DNA of 64,000 nt from an uncultured Synergistaceae bacterium (GCA_964425765.1 CAYRNZ010000004.1:20218-84217); one strand, 5' to 3'; shown: positions 45,267 to 55,355, counted from the stretch's first letter. Translations and numbers: made by a program. Notes: generated by a model not told the origin, from the sequence alone.

Positions 45267-45887
45267 ATGGGTGTAACCGTCGCGATGAAAGCCCCCGATT
45301 TCACGGCCCCCGCTTACTACAAGGGGAAGTTCACAACGGTCAAGCTTTCCGACCATCTCGGCAAATGGGTCGTCCTCTGCTTCTACCCGGGCGACTTCAC
45401 ATTCGTCTGAGCAACTGAGGTGTCGGCGGTCGCCGACCGTTTCCCCGAATTCCAGGAACTGGGCGTGGAAGTCATTTCAATGAGTGTGGACAGCCAGTTC
45501 GTCCACAAGGTATGGAACGATGTCGAACTCTCCAAGATGGTCGAAGGCGGCGTTCCCTTCCCGATGGCCTCCGATGGGGGCGGGGCAATCGGCAAGGTCT
45601 ACGGCGTCTATAACGAGACGGCAGGAGTGGATTTCCGCGGACGTTTCATCATCGACCCCGATGGCGTGATCCAGGGCATGGAGGTCCTCACGCCTCCCGT
45701 GGGCCGGAACGTGGACGAGACGATCAGGCAGATCAAGGCCTACCAGCATGTCCGGAAGACCCAGGGCAAGGAAGTGATGCCCTCCGGCTGGACTCCGGGG
45801 GGCAAGGTGCTTCACCCCGGTGAGGATCTTGTCGGGAACGTCTGGAAGGAATGGAACCCGAAGGACGCCTATTCCAAGAAGGGCTAA
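45267..45887 (+). CDS. peroxiredoxin (AhpC/Prx1 type) with selenocysteine (TGA 45408-45410) at the peroxidatic position
   Basis: ORFs 45105..45410 and 45420..45887 share one frame. The joined read is [17 protein letters not shown] versus the canonical DFTFVCPTE. Alternative start ATG 45165; both starts have strong RBS. Confidence 0.8.
45422..45437 (+). promoter_or_regulatory. SECIS-like hairpin
   Basis: GTCGGC-GGTC-GCCGAC, starting 11 nt after the in-frame TGA. Confidence 0.65.
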
Positions 45888-45910
45888 TCGGGCACGAACG
45901 CGCTTTTTGT

Positions 45911-45962
45911 CCTGAACGGCAAAGGCCCCCCGGTCGGGGGGGCCTTTGCCGTTCAGGTTTTT
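45911..45962. terminator. bidirectional terminator, 21-bp perfect stem
   Basis: CCTGAACGGCAAAGGCCCCCC-GGTC-GGGGGGCCTTTGCCGTTCAGG followed by TTTTTT. T-rich on the left as well. Confidence 0.85.
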
Positions 45963-45973
45963 TGCCAGGAGCC

Positions 45974-46654
45974 TCATTTCCTGCCCTTACCCGCGGGGGC
46001 CGTCCTCATGAAAGACTGGAGATCGTTCGAGGTGTAGGCGAGGTGGGCTGCCAGGGCGGCCAGGGAGAGGTCGAGGTCCCTTGATTCGACGGCTTCGAGG
46101 ATTCCCCGGTGCTGCTCCTGCGAATCGATCCGCATGGAGGCGAGGTGGATGCGGATCATGCGGTCCGTTTTCTGTCGCAGCCGGGCGAGGGTGTCCAGCG
46201 TCAGGGGCCTGTCCGCAGGTTCGTAAAAGAGGTTGTGGAAGATCTGGTTGAGATCGCGCCAGCGGATGCAGTCCTCGGTCTTTTCCATCTCGTCGAGAGT
46301 GGACGCCGCTTCCTGGAGAATTCTCCTCGTGATCTTAGGGAAGGCGATCCTCAGGAGGTTGGTTTCGAGTGCCGAGACCATTTCGTAAAGTTCCCTGGCC
46401 TCTTCCAGGGAAAGGGTGGTGACCGAGGCTCCCCTGTACCCGCTGAAAGTCACGAGTCCCTCGGTTTCCAGGAGCCGCAGGGCCTCCCTCAGGGGAATGG
46501 GGCTGACGTTCAGCCGCTGGGCGAGCGTGGCCTGGTGGAGGGGTTTCCCTTCCTCGAGGATCCCCCTGTAGATGGCCTCCCGGAGCACGTTGGCAATGAA
46601 GTATGGGGCGCTTGAATCGCCCGGCCGGACTGCCGCCAGTTCTTCCAGATCCAT
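45974..46654 (-). CDS. GntR-family transcriptional regulator (FCD-type C-terminal domain)
   Basis: N-terminal wHTH LREAIYRGILEEGKPLHQATLAQRLNVSPIPLREALRLLETEGLV. Confidence 0.88.
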   Translation of the reverse strand: MDLEELAAVRPGDSSAPYFIANVLREAIYRGILEEGKPLHQATLAQRLNVSPIPLREALRLLETEGLVTFSGYRGASVTTLSLEEARELYEMVSALETNLLRIAFPKITRRILQEAASTLDEMEKTEDCIRWRDLNQIFHNLFYEPADRPLTLDTLARLRQKTDRMIRIHLASMRIDSQEQHRGILEAVESRDLDLSLAALAAHLAYTSNDLQSFMRTAPAGKGRK

Positions 46655-46861
46655 CCTGTTTTCCCTTCCTCCCTGTTGCTTTCTCTCACAGGGAATATAT
46701 TGCCACTACCCGGGAATATAGGAAAGCGGGCCCGGAATATACCGCTTTGACAGGACGCTCGCTCCGACCCCATACTGGCCTAAAGCGATGCCGCGAGGGT
46801 TCGTAGCTTCGGCCTTCATCCCGTGCGGCAGATTTCGGCACCCGGAAGGGAGACGGGAAGG

Positions 46862-47818
46862 ATGAAACGGATCCTTGTCACCGGCGCAAACGGACAGATC
46901 GGGGTGGAACTGGTCCCCTACCTGAGGAAAATATACGGAAGCGGGAACGTCCTGGCCACGGACTGCCGGGAAGGGAAGGCGGCCGTTTCCGATGGCGGCC
47001 CGTTCACGCTCCTGGACGTGACGGACGGGCCGGCTTTCTCGGGCCTGGTGACCTCCTTCGGGGCCGACGCCGTGATTCACATGGCGGGGATCCTGTCCGC
47101 CACCGGGGAAGCGAACCCGAAACTGGCCTGGCATGTGAACGCGAACGGGACCCACGTGGCCCTGGAATGCGCCCGCGAATCGGGAGCGGCCCTCTTTTTT
47201 CCCAGTTCCATCGCGGCGTTCGGTCCCAATACCCCTCATCGTGAGACCCCGCAGGACACTATCCAGCGCCCGTCGACGATCTACGGCATCTCGAAAGTGG
47301 CGGGGGAATTGCTGTGCGATTATTACCATCTCAAGTACGGGCTGGACACCAGGGGGCTCCGCTTCCCCGGGCTGATTTCGTATGAAGCCCTGCCGGGAGG
47401 CGGGACGACCGATTATGCCGTCCACATCTTTTACGAAGCGATCGCGAACGGTTCCTACACGAGCTATATCGCGGCGGGCACCTTCATGGACATGATGTAC
47501 ATGCCTGACGCTCTGGAAGCGGTGGTCACCCTGATGGAGGCCGATCCCGGCAAACTCCTGCACCGGAACGCCTTCAACATTTCGGCGATGAGCTTCGAGC
47601 CGGGGGAGCTTGCGGAAGAGATCAGGAAACACATCCCCGGTTTTTCCATGGACTACCGTGTCGATCCCTTGAGGCAGGCCATCGCCGAATCCTGGCCGGA
47701 CTCCCTCGATTGTTCGGCGGCGAGGGCGGAGTGGGGTTTTTCCCCAAAATACGACTTGCCTTTCCTGGTAAAGGATATGTTGGAGAAGGTCAGGGAAAAG
47801 AAAAAACGGTCGGTTTGA
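46862..47818 (+). CDS. NAD-dependent epimerase/dehydratase family protein (short-chain L-threonine 3-dehydrogenase-like)
   Basis: MKRILVTGANGQIG Rossmann N-terminus, YGISK (YxxxK). ATG follows GGGAAGG. Confidence 0.75.
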   Translation: MKRILVTGANGQIGVELVPYLRKIYGSGNVLATDCREGKAAVSDGGPFTLLDVTDGPAFSGLVTSFGADAVIHMAGILSATGEANPKLAWHVNANGTHVALECARESGAALFFPSSIAAFGPNTPHRETPQDTIQRPSTIYGISKVAGELLCDYYHLKYGLDTRGLRFPGLISYEALPGGGTTDYAVHIFYEAIANGSYTSYIAAGTFMDMMYMPDALEAVVTLMEADPGKLLHRNAFNISAMSFEPGELAEEIRKHIPGFSMDYRVDPLRQAIAESWPDSLDCSAARAEWGFSPKYDLPFLVKDMLEKVREKKKRSV

Positions 47819-47827
47819 AAAGCTCGA

Positions 47828-47856
47828 AAGGCCTCCCGCCAGGGGAGGCCTTTTTT
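47828..47856 (+). terminator. rho-independent terminator
   Basis: GGCCTCCC-GCCA-GGGGAGGCC followed by TTTTTT. Confidence 0.75.
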
Positions 47857-47945
47857 GTTTCCGAGGCAGCCCTTCTGTGAGAAAATGCATAGTGCCCTGC
47901 CGGTCATCCTGGCAAGTTCGGGGGCAATGAAAGGGGAAGACCTCT

Positions 47946-48188
47946 ATGAGCTTTCTCGGTTTCATCTTTATCGGCCTTCTCGCCGGCTGGCTTGCGGGAC
48001 ACCTGGTGAAAGGCGGCGGTTTCGGGCTTGTCGGGAATATCGCGGTCGGCGTGGTGGGGGCCTTGATCGGGGGATTCCTGGCCCGCAACGTGGGTCTTTC
48101 CGTCGGGACGGGTTTCTGGGGAAGCCTCCTCACCTCGACTTTGGGTGCTGTCGTCCTGCTGGTCCTGATCGGGCTGATCACACGCTGA
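47946..48188 (+). CDS. GlsB/YeaQ/YmgE-family small membrane protein
   Basis: 80 aa with Gly-rich TM helices GLLAGWLAG...GNIAVGVVGALIGGFL. Confidence 0.8.
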   Translation: MSFLGFIFIGLLAGWLAGHLVKGGGFGLVGNIAVGVVGALIGGFLARNVGLSVGTGFWGSLLTSTLGAVVLLVLIGLITR

Positions 48189-48244
48189 AAAAAACACTCC
48201 CATGGTTTCAGCGGCGCCTCCGGTCCCGGCCGCAAGAGCGGGCT

Positions 48245-48622
48245 TCACTCCGGAAGCCCGAGGTAATTCCAGCAGTAGAGGACTTCCCCGTCGGCGAGGT
48301 GGTAGACGTTGCCGACGATCGACACCTTTATGGGTGAACCGTCCTTGCGGGTCCTGAAGACGGCTTCCGAGAGAACGGTCTCCCAGGTCCTGATCCTTTC
48401 GGCCTGGGCGTCGGAACTTGCCAGCATCTCCGGCGTAGTGGCGATCAAAAGATCCAGCCGCTTCCCCACCGCCTCTTCGGGAGTGTGCCCGAAAAGGGCC
48501 GTGAAGCCCGGGTTGATCTTCAGGATCACGTGATCCCGGTCGCAAAGGGCGAATCCCTCTTCGAGTTTCTGGAAAAGGGTCTCGAATAGCGTGGAATTGT
48601 AAGGCACCACATCCCGCATCAA
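48245..48622 (-). CDS. stand-alone PAS-domain protein
   Basis: 125 aa. ...NPGFTALFGHTPEEAVGKRLDLL... is a PAS-like core. Confidence 0.65.
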   Translation of the reverse strand: MMRDVVPYNSTLFETLFQKLEEGFALCDRDHVILKINPGFTALFGHTPEEAVGKRLDLLIATTPEMLASSDAQAERIRTWETVLSEAVFRTRKDGSPIKVSIVGNVYHLADGEVLYCWNYLGLPE

Positions 48623-48755
48623 GGTTTTCCCTCCGTCAAGAAGACCATTTAATCCAGCTCAACGGCTATTTTACTCTCGGAACGGTTAAATTTGTCCCTC
48701 GGTTATACTGGGAAAAAGGGGTTCCCCCTGCAAAAAACCAAGGAGCGTGGTTTTC

Positions 48756-49676
48756 ATGGAGAAAGTCCTATTCCTGGGGATGGGTGCGGTCGGGGCGACG
48801 TTCGCCTCCCAATTCGCCGACGCCGGTTACCCCTTCCATTTCCTTTGCGACAGGGACCGGGTGGAGAAATACCGGAAACGGCAACTGCTGGTGAACGGCA
48901 AACCTTACAGTTTCCCTTTGCTCACCCCCGATGAAGTTTCCGCACAGCCTGACTTCGTTTTCGTCGCGGTAAAGGAATACCAGCTGGTTTCGGCGCTCGA
49001 ACTCGTGGAAAAGGTTGCCGGGCCCGGGACGGTTGTCCTCTCCCTTCTCAACGGCATCGACAGCGAGGAGGTCCTGGCCGCCAGGCTGGGGTGGGACAAG
49101 GTCCTTCCCGCTTTCGTCTCCCGCATGGATTCCACGAAGAAACGGGACTCCGTGGTTTACTCCAGCCCCGGGCAGATCGTTTTCGGAGAGAAGGACGGAT
49201 CGTTTTCGCCGCGGGTGGAAAGGGTGAAGCGACTGCTCGGGCAGGCCGGCGTCCTCCACGAGGCGACCGGCCAGATCATGCGGATGATGTGGTGGAAGTA
49301 CATGGTCAACGTAGGCTTCAACCAGGCCGGGGCGATCCTGAACGCTCCCTACGGCCACTTCCAGAAGTACCCCCCCTGTCTCGAGGTGGCTTTTTCCGCA
49401 ATGAGGGAGGTCATCGCCATCGCGCCCTTCTCCGGGATCGACCTGACGGAAAGGGATATCGAGAAAAGCGTGCAGATGCTGATGGGATTCAACCCGGAGG
49501 GCCGCAATTCGATGCTGCAGGACCTGGACGCGGGAAGGAAGACCGAGGTGGAAATGTTTGCGGGGAAGGTCTGCCGGCTGGGAGAGGCGGCAGGTGTTCC
49601 CACGCCGGTCAACCGCCTTTTCCTCGACATGCTGAAAACCCTGGAATGGCAGAAGGGCGTGGCCCGGGAGGGATGA
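48756..49676 (+). CDS. panE: 2-dehydropantoate 2-reductase
   Basis: VLFLGMGAVGATFA Rossmann N-terminus, SMLQDLDAGRKTEV motif. ATG lies 10 nt after AGGAG. Confidence 0.85.
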   Translation: MEKVLFLGMGAVGATFASQFADAGYPFHFLCDRDRVEKYRKRQLLVNGKPYSFPLLTPDEVSAQPDFVFVAVKEYQLVSALELVEKVAGPGTVVLSLLNGIDSEEVLAARLGWDKVLPAFVSRMDSTKKRDSVVYSSPGQIVFGEKDGSFSPRVERVKRLLGQAGVLHEATGQIMRMMWWKYMVNVGFNQAGAILNAPYGHFQKYPPCLEVAFSAMREVIAIAPFSGIDLTERDIEKSVQMLMGFNPEGRNSMLQDLDAGRKTEVEMFAGKVCRLGEAAGVPTPVNRLFLDMLKTLEWQKGVAREG

Positions 49677-49948
49677 GCCCTGATCTATATTGCGTCTACC
49701 TGGTGAGGTGCGGGGACGGTTCCCTCTACTGCGGGATCGCTTCCGACATAGACCGCAGGCTGAAGCAGCATATCGAGGGCAAGGGGGCCCGTTACACGGC
49801 CGCCCATCCCCCCGTCGCCCTGGAATATTCCACCCGGGCCCGTTTCGGCCGTGCCGAAGCCCAGGCGATCGAGATGCGCGTCAAGAGGATGAAACGGCTG
49901 GAGAAGCGTCCCTACCTGGAGAAATTGGAAAACGGAGGCGGGGATTAG
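49673..49948 (+). CDS. GIY-YIG nuclease-domain small protein (UPF0213-like)
   Basis: YCVYLVRCGDGSLYCGIASDIDRRLKQH (GIY...YIG pattern). ATGA overlap with the panE stop. Confidence 0.8.
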   Translation: MSPDLYCVYLVRCGDGSLYCGIASDIDRRLKQHIEGKGARYTAAHPPVALEYSTRARFGRAEAQAIEMRVKRMKRLEKRPYLEKLENGGGD

Positions 49949-49963
49949 GGGCCGGAAACTGCC

Positions 49964-51697
49964 TCAATCGATGCCCCCGTATTCCCGGAAAAGGGCAAGG
50001 CGCCGATTCATCCTTTCCCGGTCGATCTGCCCGGTGCTTGTCCGGACGCTGAACATCTTTTCCGGTATTTCGGCCGAGTCGAGGCGGAAGCCGCATTCCC
50101 TTTTCCAGGCGAATTTCCTGCGGAGGGAGTGAACACCGAGAGCCGCGAGTTCCTCGGGCGAGGTTTTCCGCCCCACGGCCTCCAACCCCCCGACTATGAT
50201 GTCCCGGTCGTAGATCCCCCTGGCGAAGAGGCAAACCACGAGGGAATTGAGGATCATCCTCCACTGGGCGTCCTCCACCTGCCTCCTCACCTGCTGTTCC
50301 AGGGGGATGTCTTCCTGGAGCAGTTTCTGGTCCAGGCTGTAGCCGGGATCGTCCAGGTGCGAGTGCCTGACCCCCGCGATCCAGGACATCATGGCGTTTT
50401 CCCCGGTCAGGTAGCCCGCCGGTTCCACCTTCCCGTAATGCATGGCGAAGCTTTTCCCCCCGTAGGCCTCGGAGCAGGCGGCAGTCCCTTTTTCGAGGCT
50501 CCTGAAGAAGGGGTTGGTTCCGCGGGCGACCCTTTCCAGGGCTTCGAGGTAAATCTCGGTGTTGCCGAAGCAGAACGCCAGCCCGTCCGTGACGTTATCG
50601 TCGATGATGCCGGATAGAAATGCCTCGGTGGCCCAGGCGAGGGTCGTTCCCATGCTCATGACGTCCCAGCCCTGCTTCTCCATGAAAGCCAGGACCTTCA
50701 GGATCTCCTGCGGCGTGGACAGGCTCAGCTGGCTTCCCACGGCGAAGATCGGTTCGTAATCGTACGAGACCCGGGTCGTGGAGTAGTGGTAAGGGGCGAA
50801 CTCCTCCCGGAGTTCCGCCACCTGGATGCAGCCGCAGGGGCAATGGGCGCAGGCGATGTGCTGGACGTTGACCTGCCGGAGGAAGGCTTCGCCGGAGATC
50901 TCGTCGGCTCCCTCGAAGAAGCCCTGGCCGAAATTCCGCGTCGGCAGCCCCCCGATCCCGTTCAGGGTTTCCACGTTGGCGGAGGTGCCCAGGTCGTGGT
51001 ACTTCTTCATCTCCCCGGAACGGACGACCCGTTGGTAGAGGGTGTCGTAGATTTCGCGGTAGGCTGGGCCGGGAAGGCTCACGGACAGGTTGCCGCTCAC
51101 GACGATGGCCTTGAGGCGCTTCGATCCCAGGACGGCGCCGAGCCCCAGCCTCCCGAAGTGCCTGGAGGAATCGACCGTCGCGCAGGCGATCGGGGAGAGG
51201 CGTTCCCCGGCGGGCCCGATCCTCACGATGGACATCTTGCGCCCCCGCGCCTCCTCCGCCTGCCGAAGGATCCTGTCGGTAGCCGGGGCAGATTGTCCCC
51301 AGAAGGTGCCGGCCGACTTGAAAAGGACCTCGGTCCCGCGGATCGATAGGTAACCCGCGCGTTCCAGCTTGCCAGTGATGACCAGGGCGTCTATTCCCGC
51401 TTCCCTGAGGGACGAGGCGAGCCGCCCTCCGGCGTGGGATTCCCCGAGTTCCCCGGTTAGGGGCGAACGGAAAAGGGCGACCGTCTTGGTCGCTACCGGG
51501 AAAAGCCCGCTGAAAGGCCCCACGGTGAAAATGACCGGGGCTTCGGGAGCCAGGGGGTCCAGTTCGGGGTGCCCGTGGCGGAACAAAAGTTCCGTGCCGA
51601 CGGCCGTTCCCCCCAGGAACTGCTCGAAAAGGGTGAAATCCTCCTCCACGCGTGTTTCCTTCCTGGAAAGGTCGACGAACAGGATCCTACCCTGCAT
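49964..51697 (-). CDS. aldehyde:ferredoxin oxidoreductase family protein
   Basis: ILFVDLSRKE...GGTAVGTELL N-terminus, 577 aa, C-x2-C-x3-C-like CAHCPCGC cluster segment. Confidence 0.9.
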   Translation of the reverse strand: MQGRILFVDLSRKETRVEEDFTLFEQFLGGTAVGTELLFRHGHPELDPLAPEAPVIFTVGPFSGLFPVATKTVALFRSPLTGELGESHAGGRLASSLREAGIDALVITGKLERAGYLSIRGTEVLFKSAGTFWGQSAPATDRILRQAEEARGRKMSIVRIGPAGERLSPIACATVDSSRHFGRLGLGAVLGSKRLKAIVVSGNLSVSLPGPAYREIYDTLYQRVVRSGEMKKYHDLGTSANVETLNGIGGLPTRNFGQGFFEGADEISGEAFLRQVNVQHIACAHCPCGCIQVAELREEFAPYHYSTTRVSYDYEPIFAVGSQLSLSTPQEILKVLAFMEKQGWDVMSMGTTLAWATEAFLSGIIDDNVTDGLAFCFGNTEIYLEALERVARGTNPFFRSLEKGTAACSEAYGGKSFAMHYGKVEPAGYLTGENAMMSWIAGVRHSHLDDPGYSLDQKLLQEDIPLEQQVRRQVEDAQWRMILNSLVVCLFARGIYDRDIIVGGLEAVGRKTSPEELAALGVHSLRRKFAWKRECGFRLDSAEIPEKMFSVRTSTGQIDRERMNRRLALFREYGGID

Positions 51698-52127
51698 GCG
51701 GGTTCCCCTCCCTTCCCGGGCTTTTTTCGACCAGCGCTATCACGTTGTTAGGGCAATACCGGGCGCACTGCCCGCAATGAACGCAGGGGATCGGCATCCC
51801 TTCCTCCGCGTCCCACTGCAAAGCGGCGATCGTGCAGGCGGCGACGCAGTTCCCGCAGGAGGTGCAGAGGGACTTGTCCAGGCGGACTCCGCCGCCCGGT
51901 GCAACCTTCAGGGCCCCGGTGGGGCAGGCCGAGGAGCAATCGGGTTCGGTGCACCGGAGGCAAACGCGGATGGAGAAGGCCCCCTCCGTTCCGGCGTAGG
52001 CCAGAACCCGCATCGCTGACTTCGACGTTCCGCCCATGCCCCGGAGCATCCGGCTGCACGCGTGCATGCAGCTGAAGCAGCCGATGCACTGTTCCCTGTT
52101 GATCACTCGCAGGGCTTTGAGTCCCAC
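51687..52127 (-). CDS. 4Fe-4S multi-cluster ferredoxin-domain protein
   Basis: CIGCFSCMHAC, CTSCGNCVAAC and CVHCGQCARYCP motifs. Overlaps the AOR start by 11 nt. Confidence 0.88.
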   Translation of the reverse strand: MGLKALRVINREQCIGCFSCMHACSRMLRGMGGTSKSAMRVLAYAGTEGAFSIRVCLRCTEPDCSSACPTGALKVAPGGGVRLDKSLCTSCGNCVAACTIAALQWDAEEGMPIPCVHCGQCARYCPNNVIALVEKSPGREGNPHAG

Positions 52128-52196
52128 AGGGCCTTCCCCCTTTCCCGATTTAATCCGCTTTGCGGAAGGTTGTTTTCTTCCGACGGAACGTGCCGT

Positions 52197-52391
52197 TCAG
52201 TCGAGGATTTCCTTGACCCGTCCCACGATCCCGCTTTCCAGCCGGACCTTGATCCCGTGGGGGTGGGTCCGGCTTTTCGTGAGAAGATCCCTGACGATCC
52301 CTTCCGTCAGGGTTCCCGTACCCTGGTCTTCCTTCCGCACAACCCTGACGCGAGAACCCGGCCGGATGTCGCTCCTGTCTTTTCCCTGCAA
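52197..52391 (-). CDS. YwbE (DUF2196) family small protein
   Basis: RPGSRVRVVRKEDQGTGTLTEGIVRDLLTKSRTHPHGIKVRLESGIVGRV. TTG start lies 8 nt after GGAGG; the ORF-track 124-aa version is an extension. Confidence 0.6.
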   Translation of the reverse strand: MQGKDRSDIRPGSRVRVVRKEDQGTGTLTEGIVRDLLTKSRTHPHGIKVRLESGIVGRVKEILD

Positions 52392-52464
52392 GAGATTTTC
52401 CTCCGCGTGTTTTTTCCCAGTATAACCGCTCCGGGTTGAGCTAAAATCGACGTGCAAAACCACC

Positions 52465-52998
52465 GTGAAGGAGGGGGAAGATTTGCCCGCGAGAGAGATC
52501 GCGACGAAATGCAGGGGTTTCACGATAAGGCCGGCGGAAAAAAGCGAGGTTCCCCTCATCCTCAGGTTCATCGTCGAGTTGGCGGATTATGAGGGAGTCG
52601 CCCATGAAGTCGAGGCGACGGAGGACCTGCTCAGGGAGAACCTCTTCGGCGAAAAACCCTCCGCGGAAGTGATTTTCGGCTGCCTGGACGGGGAACCGGT
52701 CGGGTTCGCGCTGTTCTTCCACAATTTCTCCACTTTCCAGGCCAAACCGGGGATTTATATAGAGGACCTCTACGTTCGGCCCGAAGTGAGGGGCAGGGGC
52801 TACGGCACCGCGATGCTGGCGTATTTGGCCAGCCTGACTCTCAAGCGCAAGGGCGGCCGCTTCGAGTGGGGAGTCTTCACCTGGAACACGCCCGCAAGGG
52901 AATACTACGTCTCCATCGGGGCGAAGCCGCAGGAGAGATACCTGCTCAACCGGGTCGAGGGGCAGGCCCTGGAGGACCTCGCGGGGAGGTTTGCGTAA
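52465..52998 (+). CDS. GNAT-family N-acetyltransferase
   Basis: VRPEVRGRGYGTAML acetyl-CoA (Q/RxxGxG/A) motif. Alternative TTG start 52483. Confidence 0.85.
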   Translation: MKEGEDLPAREIATKCRGFTIRPAEKSEVPLILRFIVELADYEGVAHEVEATEDLLRENLFGEKPSAEVIFGCLDGEPVGFALFFHNFSTFQAKPGIYIEDLYVRPEVRGRGYGTAMLAYLASLTLKRKGGRFEWGVFTWNTPAREYYVSIGAKPQERYLLNRVEGQALEDLAGRFA

Positions 52999-53102
52999 GG
53001 GGATTCGTTGCGAAAAGTTCGCGGAATCCCTATATTGATAGGCACGAATTGCGGATTTTCCGCAAAAAAGGCCTTTCAAGACCGGAAAAGGGGGTGTGCG
53101 TC

Positions 53103-53489
53103 GTGAAAGGAAAGCATGTCCCGGCATGGCTGGGACTTTTAGCCTCGTGCGTCCTGGCGCTCTGCGGCCCGGCTGCGGCGTCGGGTCCTTTCACGGTCCA
53201 TGCGTCGGTGACCGGGGGCGAAGGAACCGTACAGGCCCAACTCGTGCCGGGCGAGTTCACGGTGCCCGCCGGGCAGTCCGCCGTCGTCGTCGGTTTCCGG
53301 CAGGATAGCCCGAAGGAAGGGACCCATACCGAAAAGCTGGGAAGGAACATCTTTTCGGTCGACCGCAACGGCTACATGATGGATGGATCGGGCAACCCCC
53401 TCTACCAGCTGCCTCCCGGCAGGTACCGCTTTATCGTGGCGGGGAGCCCCGGCACCACGGGAACGCTCGTCTACAACCTCGTTCCGTGA
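53103..53489 (+). CDS. small secreted hypothetical protein
   Basis: GTG after AAGGGGG. Signal peptide [26 protein letters not shown]. Confidence 0.5.
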   Translation: MKGKHVPAWLGLLASCVLALCGPAAASGPFTVHASVTGGEGTVQAQLVPGEFTVPAGQSAVVVGFRQDSPKEGTHTEKLGRNIFSVDRNGYMMDGSGNPLYQLPPGRYRFIVAGSPGTTGTLVYNLVP

Positions 53490-53596
53490 AAGAGCGAAGT
53501 CGAAGGGACGGCCGGAGACGGCCGCCCGGACCCAGGGGAGGGCGCGGAGCGATCCGGCCGAAACCCCATCCCGATTTGCGAAGGTGGATGAAAGCG

Positions 53597-55276
53597 ATGG
53601 AAGAAACGGTCTCCAGAAGCGGGAATTTCGTGGAGCAGATCATCAGGGAGGACCTCGAATCGGGCAAGGTTAAAAAGGTCATCACCCGTTTCCCCCCTGA
53701 GCCCAACGGTTACCTGCACATCGGCCACGCGAAGTCGATCTGCCTCAACTTCGGCCTGGCGGAAAAATTCGGCGGGGACTGCAATCTCCGGTTCGACGAC
53801 ACGAACCCCACGAAGGAGGAAATCGAGTACGTCGAGTCCATCAAGAAGGACGTGGCGTGGCTGGGCTTCAAATGGGCCAACCTGCGCTACGCGTCGGACT
53901 ATTTCGACCAGTTCTACCTCTGGGCCCTGGAACTGATCCGGGCGGGGAAAGCCTATGTCGATCACCAGTCTCCAGAGGAAATCCGAAAGACCCGCGGAAC
54001 CCTGACCGAACCCGGCATCGAGTCGCCCTGGAGAAACCGGGCGATCGAGGAAAACCTGGATCTCTTCGAAGGGATGAAGAACGGGAAGTTCGAGGAAGGA
54101 TCGTGCGTCCTCAGGGCGAAGATCGACATGGGCCACCCGAACGTCAACATGCGGGACCCCGTGATGTACCGGATCCTCAGGGAAACGCACCACAACACCG
54201 GGGACAAATGGTGCATCTACCCGATGTACGACTTCGCTCACGGTTACGAGGATGCCATCGAGGGCGTGACGCACTCCATCTGCACCCTCGAGTTCCAGGA
54301 CCACAGGCCTCTTTACGACTGGTTCATCGACAACGTCTCCGTCCCTCACAAGCCGAGGCAGTACGAGTTTGCCCGACTCAGCCTGACCTACACGGTCATG
54401 AGCAAGAGGAAGCTGCTGGAACTTGTCACGTCGAAGTGCGTGTCGGGGTGGGACGATCCCCGCATGCCCACCATCTCGGGGCTTCGCCGGCGTGGGTACA
54501 CGCCTTCGGCCATCCGCCGGTTCTGCGACGAGATCGGTGTGGCGAAGACGAACAGCATGGTCGACATCGAATTCCTGCAGTTCTGCATCCGCGAGGAGCT
54601 GAACAAGACGGCAAACCGCGCCATGGCGGTGCTGAGGCCCCTCAAGGTCGTGATCGAGAACTACCCGGAAGGGCAGGTCGAGGAGATGGAGGCCATCGAC
54701 AACCCCGAAACGGAAAACTCGACCACCCGCAAAATCCTCTTCTCCAGGGAACTGTATATCGAGAGCGACGACTTCATGGAGGAACCCCCGAAAGGGTACT
54801 TCCGGCTTTCGCCGGGTAAGGAAGTCCGTCTCAAGCACGCGTACTTCATCACCTGCAAGTCGGTCGTGCGGGACGGAAGCGGGCAGGTCAAGGAACTCCG
54901 GTGCGAGTACGACCCCGCCACGCGCGGCGGGGACGCCCCCGACGGCCGCAAGGTTAAGGGGACCCTGCACTGGGTTTCCGCGCCGCATGCGGCGGAAGCG
55001 GAGGTCCGGCTGTACGACCACCTCTTCACCCTCCGGAACCTCGACGAGATGGAAGAAGGCAAGGACTACCGGGACTACCTGAACCCGGGATCCCTCGAGG
55101 TACTGAAAGGATGCAAGGTCGAGCCGGTTTTGGCCGCCTCCGCGGCCGGGGATCGGTTCCAGTTCCTGAGGCACGGCTATTTCTGCGCAGATTCGGACAG
55201 CGAGCCGGGAAAGCCGGTTTTCAACCGGATCGTTTCCCTGAAGGACAGCTGGGCAAAAGAACAGAAAAAAGCCTGA
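53597..55276 (+). CDS. glnS: glutaminyl-tRNA synthetase
   Basis: [19 protein letters not shown] (YLHIGHAKS), KMSKS-type VMSKRKL. ATG 53597 lies 9 nt after GGTGG. Confidence 0.95.
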   Translation: MEETVSRSGNFVEQIIREDLESGKVKKVITRFPPEPNGYLHIGHAKSICLNFGLAEKFGGDCNLRFDDTNPTKEEIEYVESIKKDVAWLGFKWANLRYASDYFDQFYLWALELIRAGKAYVDHQSPEEIRKTRGTLTEPGIESPWRNRAIEENLDLFEGMKNGKFEEGSCVLRAKIDMGHPNVNMRDPVMYRILRETHHNTGDKWCIYPMYDFAHGYEDAIEGVTHSICTLEFQDHRPLYDWFIDNVSVPHKPRQYEFARLSLTYTVMSKRKLLELVTSKCVSGWDDPRMPTISGLRRRGYTPSAIRRFCDEIGVAKTNSMVDIEFLQFCIREELNKTANRAMAVLRPLKVVIENYPEGQVEEMEAIDNPETENSTTRKILFSRELYIESDDFMEEPPKGYFRLSPGKEVRLKHAYFITCKSVVRDGSGQVKELRCEYDPATRGGDAPDGRKVKGTLHWVSAPHAAEAEVRLYDHLFTLRNLDEMEEGKDYRDYLNPGSLEVLKGCKVEPVLAASAAGDRFQFLRHGYFCADSDSEPGKPVFNRIVSLKDSWAKEQKKA

Positions 55277-55292
55277 AATCGACAGGCCGACC

Positions 55293-55323
55293 GAGGGGGC
55301 GGGGGAATTCCCCGCCCCCTTTC
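55293..55323 (+). terminator. hairpin after glnS
   Basis: AGGGGGCGGGG-AATT-CCCCGCCCCCT. The T-tract is weak. Confidence 0.55.
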
Positions 55324-55326
55324 CTG

Positions 55327-55355
55327 TTGACTCGGACAGGGGAAAGTGTTATGAA
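55327..55355 (+). promoter_or_regulatory. sigma70-like promoter of the ECF Co/Ni transporter operon
   Basis: TTGACT (55327-55332), 17-nt spacer, TATGAA (55350-55355). Confidence 0.55.

Noticed and set aside
46706-48235. 509-aa ORF antisense to the epimerase/TDH-like and GlsB genes. Other very long antisense or alternate-frame ORFs are similar: 53471..55174, 38636..39967, 31916..33337, 29828..31285, 29821..31218, 60614..61777 and 56877..58067.
   Set aside because: Their compositions are Arg/Pro/Gly-rich and low-complexity, typical of high-GC shadow frames. Each overlaps a gene with clear family motifs on the other strand or frame, and none has an RBS or recognisable motifs.
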